From an uncultured Eubacteriales bacterium (GTDB lineage Bacteria; Actinomycetota; Coriobacteriia; Anaerosomatales; PHET01): a DNA stretch of 60,614 nt. The stretch lies in contig CAZBLH010000002.1 of assembly GCA_964492775.1 (NCBI GenBank), positions 1 to 60,614 of the forward strand, written 5' to 3'. The position numbers were made by a program, and so were the translations under genes. This document shows positions 56,653 to 60,614 of this stretch, one piece after another. Position 1 is the first letter of the stretch. Each line of letters opens with the position of its first letter. The notes under the pieces were generated by a model. It saw only the letters and a program-made list of their open reading frames with translations, was not told where the DNA came from and did no database searches.

Positions 56653-57858
56653 CTATAGCGGTGCGCGTGTGATGTAGCGCAGCGTGAGGTCGGGCTCGCC
56701 CTCGATGCACACCTCGAGAGTGTCGCCGGGCAGTAGCAGTTGCGGGCGCTCGGGGTAGACCTCGTCTGCCCAGAGCCCGAGCGGCAGCTTCTTGACCTCG
56801 GCCTGATGCTCGCCCCCGTCTGGGCGCGTGAGAAGCTCGCTCACCGTTCCCGCAGAGGCCTCGAGTAGCGTGCCGGTCCGAGCGTCGAAGGCAGCACCCC
56901 ACGCCTGCACGCCGAGGCCACGTGCCTGCGCCTGAGCTTCGTCGGTGAGTGCCCGATTGAGGCTGCCGAGCCACTCGGCCGGTGAGCCTGAAAGGCCGAT
57001 GGCCGCCGACGCAAGCATGCACGCCGATGTCGGCACCTCGTCTGCCCCTGGTGTTGGGGCGAGGACCAGAAGTCGCACCGGCGTCTCATCGGGCTCCGAG
57101 TGCTCGAAGACGAAAGCGGCGCTCCCCGACACCTCAATATCAGCGACGAGCACGCTCTCTGCATCGCGGCCGCCTTCCTCACGGCTTGCACCAAGCGCGC
57201 GGATGCAGAGCGCTTCTCGACGGCTTGCCGTGTCGGTCTCGGCAGCGTCATCGCGGTCGGAAGCGGCATTGCGCTCGTCGCGCTCGGTCGCAAGCGCGAC
57301 AGCAATCACGGTAGCGATAGAGGTGAGGGCGGCGCGGTCCGCTGGGTCGAAGCGCACCGGCGCCGACCACTGCAGCGTGAGCACTCCGATCGGCTCACCC
57401 GCATAGATCAGAGGCAAGGTCGCGTAGGAATGCGCGGCGATCTGGTCGCGCCAGCGCGAGGTCGAGCCGGTACGGCTGTTGGAGTCAGGAGCGTGGATCG
57501 CACCGACGAAATGCGGCTTGCGCTCCGAGAAGACCTGCGCCGCCTCCAGCGATGAGTCGAGCTCGATCGGCGGCATGTCTCGGACGAGTGCGTCGTAGCG
57601 GCCACTGCTTGCGTGCGGCACGAGCGCAACCGCTCCGCCGTCGAGGGTCTGGACCGCGTGGACGTTGGCTCCGCTGGTGTCCAGCTCCTGGGCAAGCAGC
57701 TCGAGTAGCCGAGCCACCGATTCAGGGCCTGGAATCGCCTCGGCTAGGTGCTCGAGCACGGCGTGAAGGGCATGAGTGAATCCGTCACCAGAAGACCTCA
57801 CAACAGTGAGGCCTTCACCCTGACGCTTGCACGCGCTGTCCTCGGGGTACGTGACCAT
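56653..57858 (-). CDS. GAF domain protein with a degenerate SpoIIE/PP2C-like C-terminus
   Basis: GAF (LPLIYAGEPIGVLTL...F...DRAAL); LNRAL, D..TG.L..ASAG, LPLG, LLPGD; catalytic Asp motifs missing. Confidence 0.75.
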   Translation of the reverse strand: MVTYPEDSACKRQGEGLTVVRSSGDGFTHALHAVLEHLAEAIPGPESVARLLELLAQELDTSGANVHAVQTLDGGAVALVPHASSGRYDALVRDMPPIELDSSLEAAQVFSERKPHFVGAIHAPDSNSRTGSTSRWRDQIAAHSYATLPLIYAGEPIGVLTLQWSAPVRFDPADRAALTSIATVIAVALATERDERNAASDRDDAAETDTASRREALCIRALGASREEGGRDAESVLVADIEVSGSAAFVFEHSEPDETPVRLLVLAPTPGADEVPTSACMLASAAIGLSGSPAEWLGSLNRALTDEAQAQARGLGVQAWGAAFDARTGTLLEASAGTVSELLTRPDGGEHQAEVKKLPLGLWADEVYPERPQLLLPGDTLEVCIEGEPDLTLRYITRAPL

Positions 57859-57990
57859 TCGAGCTCTCTGCTGTCGGCTGACGGTCTACGTTCACAATGC
57901 ACCATTATTACACGGGTCTATAGCGTGAAGCGCACGGGCGTGTGGGAGAATCGAAGAGAAGCGAAGACGCGGAGCGGAGGAGGAACAGTG

Positions 57991-59406
57991 ATGCCGAGAC
58001 AGGCTGACATCCGGTTCGGTACGGACGGGTGGCGTGCCGTCATCGCCGATGACTTCACGTACGAGAATCTCCGCCGCGTGGCGGATGCCACCGCCAGGGT
58101 CTTCGCCACCGACCACCCCGGTGGCACCGTGCTCGTAGGGCACGATACGCGTTTCGAGGCGCCCGCGTTCGCTCGCGCTGCTGCCGAGGTGCTAGCGGTC
58201 CACGGTCTGCGCGTAAAGGTCACCGATCGCCACATCCCGACTCCTGGGCTCTGTTGGTCTGTGGCGCAGGACGATGCCGCTATCGGTGGAGTCGTTCTGA
58301 CCGCAAGCCACAACCCTGCGCCCTACCTCGGCTTCAAGATCAGGATGGCTGATGGTGGCGCTTCGCCCGTCGCTTTCACAGACCGCGTGGAGGCCGAGAT
58401 CCGTGCTGAGGTGCCGGCGCCGGCGGGAGACGCTGGGTACGAGGTCGTCGATCTTGTCGGCCCGTATCTCGCAAGCCTTCGGGGACTTGTGGACGCCGAA
58501 GCAATCGCCTCGGCCGGCATGCGCGTGGTCGTCGATCCGCTGCACGGCGCGGGTCGCGAGTACCTTGCCGACGTGCTGCGCGAGTTCGGCATCGAGGTCA
58601 CCGAGATCCACGGCGAGGCGAACCCGGGCTTCGGCGGGCTGCATCCCGAGCCCATACCGCCGCATATCGACAGGGCGGCGGCCGCGGTCGTATCTGGCGC
58701 GTACGATGCTGGCTTCGTCACCGACGGCGATGCCGACCGCATCGGCGCGATCGACTCCGCCGGCAGGTTCGTGAACCCGCACAGGATCATCTGTCTGGTG
58801 GCGCGACACCTCGTCGAGGACAAGGGGATGACGGGTCGCATCGTGAAGACCGTCTCGACGTCGGTGCTAGTGGACCGACTCGCCACTCACCTGGGCGTCG
58901 AGGTCGTGACGACTCCGATTGGCTTCAAGTGGATCTACGACGAGATGCTCGTTGGCGACGTCCTGATCGGCGGCGAAGAGTCCGGCGGGATTGGAATCCC
59001 CGCTCACGTGCGAGAGCGTGACGCACTGCTGATGGCGCTCATGCTTGCCGAGATGATGGGGCAGCGCAAGAAGTCCCTCGGCGAGCTGGTTGATGAGTTG
59101 CTCGCCGTGACGGGTCCGATGGAGTACAGCCGCTACGACATGCGGCTGGCTCCCGGTGTCGATATGGCGGCGCTCAAGGCCGCGCTCCCAAGTATCAGGC
59201 GCGAGGAGGTCGCAGGGCTGCCGGTGCTCGCACATGTGACCCTCGATGGAATCCGCTTCAACCTACCCGACGATGCGTGGCTCCTGTTGCGCGCCTCAGG
59301 CACCGAGCCGCTCGTGCGCGTGTACGCGGAAGCTCCCTCGGCCGGCGTAGTTGACGACCTGCTCGCGGCAGGCCGCGCCATTGTCGACGCGCTGGCCGCA
59401 GAGTAG
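57991..59406 (+). CDS. Phosphoglucomutase/phosphomannomutase
   Basis: FGTDGWR, TASHNP, DGDADR, GGEESGG, RASGTEP; GGAGG RBS. Confidence 0.96.
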   Translation: MPRQADIRFGTDGWRAVIADDFTYENLRRVADATARVFATDHPGGTVLVGHDTRFEAPAFARAAAEVLAVHGLRVKVTDRHIPTPGLCWSVAQDDAAIGGVVLTASHNPAPYLGFKIRMADGGASPVAFTDRVEAEIRAEVPAPAGDAGYEVVDLVGPYLASLRGLVDAEAIASAGMRVVVDPLHGAGREYLADVLREFGIEVTEIHGEANPGFGGLHPEPIPPHIDRAAAAVVSGAYDAGFVTDGDADRIGAIDSAGRFVNPHRIICLVARHLVEDKGMTGRIVKTVSTSVLVDRLATHLGVEVVTTPIGFKWIYDEMLVGDVLIGGEESGGIGIPAHVRERDALLMALMLAEMMGQRKKSLGELVDELLAVTGPMEYSRYDMRLAPGVDMAALKAALPSIRREEVAGLPVLAHVTLDGIRFNLPDDAWLLLRASGTEPLVRVYAEAPSAGVVDDLLAAGRAIVDALAAE

Positions 59407-59412
59407 CCGCGC

Positions 59413-60534
59413 ATGCGCATCACCATGATCAGCAAGCACTACCCGCCTCATCTCGGCGGCATCGAGTTTCACGCTCGCGATCTCGCCGAGGCGCTTGTGG
59501 CGCGGGGTGAGCAGGTGCGCGTGATCGTGGCGAACGAGTCGCCCGAGCGCGTTGACGAGACGATCGAGGGCGTAGAGGTCATCAGGTTGCCTCGGCAGTT
59601 CGGTGTCTCATCCGCACCAGTGGCCTTCAGCACGGCGGCCGAGATCCGCCGGGCCTCGGCCGACACCGACGTCTTTCACCTGCACTTCCCGAACCCTTGG
59701 GGAGAACTCTCGTGGCTCCGAGCGAACACCGGCGTCCCGACCGTGGTCACGTACCACAGCGATATCGTGCGGCAGCGCGCGGGACTTGCAGCCTACCGGC
59801 CATTCGCCGAGCGTATGCTCGACCGCGTGGATGCGATTATCGCCTCCTCTCCCGACATGGTGGAGCACTCGGAGTTTCTTGCTCCGCGTGCCGAGAAGTG
59901 CCGAGTGGTCCCGTTCGGCATCCATGTCGAGCGCTACGCGGCAACGCCCGAGGTCGAGGCCCGCGCGGCTGCACTCAGGGCAGAGCACTCGAATCGCAAG
60001 ATAGTGCTCTTCGTTGGGCGACTCATCTACTACAAGGGCGCCGACGTCCTAGTGCGCGCTATGGCCACCGTGGACGCCGATCTGGTTGTGATCGGCAGAG
60101 GACCGCTGGATTTCGAACTCCGCCGGCTCGCGTCAGACAACGGAGCCCTTGAGCGCATCCGGTTTCTGGGACCGCAGTCGGACGATGAGCTTGTCGCCTG
60201 GTACCACGCCGCCGACGTGTTCTGCCTGCCGAGCGTGGCACGGACCGAGGCGTTCGGGCTCGTGCAGCTCGAGGCGCACGCATCCGGCACGCCGGTCGTC
60301 TCCACGCGGCTCACCACGGGGGTCCCGTTCGTGAACCAGGATGGGGTGTCGGGGCTGACCGTTCCTCCGTCGGATGTCGCCGCTCTGGCGGCTGCGCTCA
60401 ACCGGCTGCTCATCGACGACGAGCTTCGCCTTCGCTTGGGCGCGCAAGCGCGCGAACGGGCTGTGCGCGACTTTTCAATCGAGCGGATGGTCACAGACAC
60501 GCTCGGCATCTACCGAGAGGTGACCGGGGACTAG
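59413..60534 (+). CDS. GT4-family glycosyltransferase, probable mannosyltransferase
   Basis: GGIE, HLHFPNP, TYHSDIVRQ, VGRLIYYKG, RTEAFGLVQLEA. Confidence 0.9.
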   Translation: MRITMISKHYPPHLGGIEFHARDLAEALVARGEQVRVIVANESPERVDETIEGVEVIRLPRQFGVSSAPVAFSTAAEIRRASADTDVFHLHFPNPWGELSWLRANTGVPTVVTYHSDIVRQRAGLAAYRPFAERMLDRVDAIIASSPDMVEHSEFLAPRAEKCRVVPFGIHVERYAATPEVEARAAALRAEHSNRKIVLFVGRLIYYKGADVLVRAMATVDADLVVIGRGPLDFELRRLASDNGALERIRFLGPQSDDELVAWYHAADVFCLPSVARTEAFGLVQLEAHASGTPVVSTRLTTGVPFVNQDGVSGLTVPPSDVAALAAALNRLLIDDELRLRLGAQARERAVRDFSIERMVTDTLGIYREVTGD

Positions 60535-60535
60535 G

Positions 60536-60614
60536 ATGCCGAAGTCACGCTTCATAATCCTGTCGATCATCCTTGACGCCGTGCTGGTGAACGCGGGTTT
60601 CGTTCTGGCGTTCG
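60536..60614 (+). CDS. 5' fragment of a membrane protein, possibly the initiating sugar-phosphate transferase (truncated by window end)
   Basis: MPKSRFIILSIILDAVLVNAGFVLAF resembles the N-terminal TM of WcaJ/CpsE-type transferases; only 26 codons visible. Confidence 0.5.
   Translation, partial: MPKSRFIILSIILDAVLVNAGFVLAF

Noticed and set aside
1-60614. Stop-codon reassignment or selenocysteine recoding
   Set aside because: TGA, TAG and TAA all end full-length genes, often in ATGA/GTGA overlaps; no conserved gene appears interrupted.
1-60614. CRISPR array, prophage, transposase, retron or defence genes
   Set aside because: No regularly spaced repeats or diagnostic protein motifs found on either strand.

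Overview
High-GC bacterial chromosomal window using the standard genetic code. Gene content (System I* cytochrome c maturation, Ahb-type heme synthase, CWB2 surface proteins, actinobacterial ftsH-fol-pan-nad-coaX order) suggests an anaerobic Actinomycetota, probably Coriobacteriia; this is inference. There are three blocks. (1) 1-17.7 kb: cofactor genes (ftsH 3' end, folE/P/K, panB/C, nadA/B/C, dedA, birA with its operator, bioY, coaX), two two-component systems and an uncharacterised HTH regulator/enzyme pair. (2) 17.8-34.8 kb: ccmEFABCD, ccsA/hemX-like, degenerate sirC-like, a KDSR-like SDR, hemACD, tRNA-Ala(CGC), hemB, ahbD, hemL and a divergent stress-gene pair. (3) 34.8-60.6 kb: a cell-surface polysaccharide locus with two CWB2-anchored proteins, a GGDEF-EAL protein and a GAF/pseudo-PP2C protein. 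I found no mobile element or CRISPR array. The most striking unexplained signal is non-coding. The ccm operon and hemA have near-identical promoters whose predicted transcripts both start GUUCAGG...GGUGCGUU. A hairpin loop in the hemA leader carries two segments (14 nt and 10 nt) complementary to the 5' end of the ccm leader 8.2 kb away, and more weakly to its own 5' end. This is a candidate RNA-RNA switch coupling heme synthesis to cytochrome c maturation. All protein calls come from motif recognition by eye; no database search was run.
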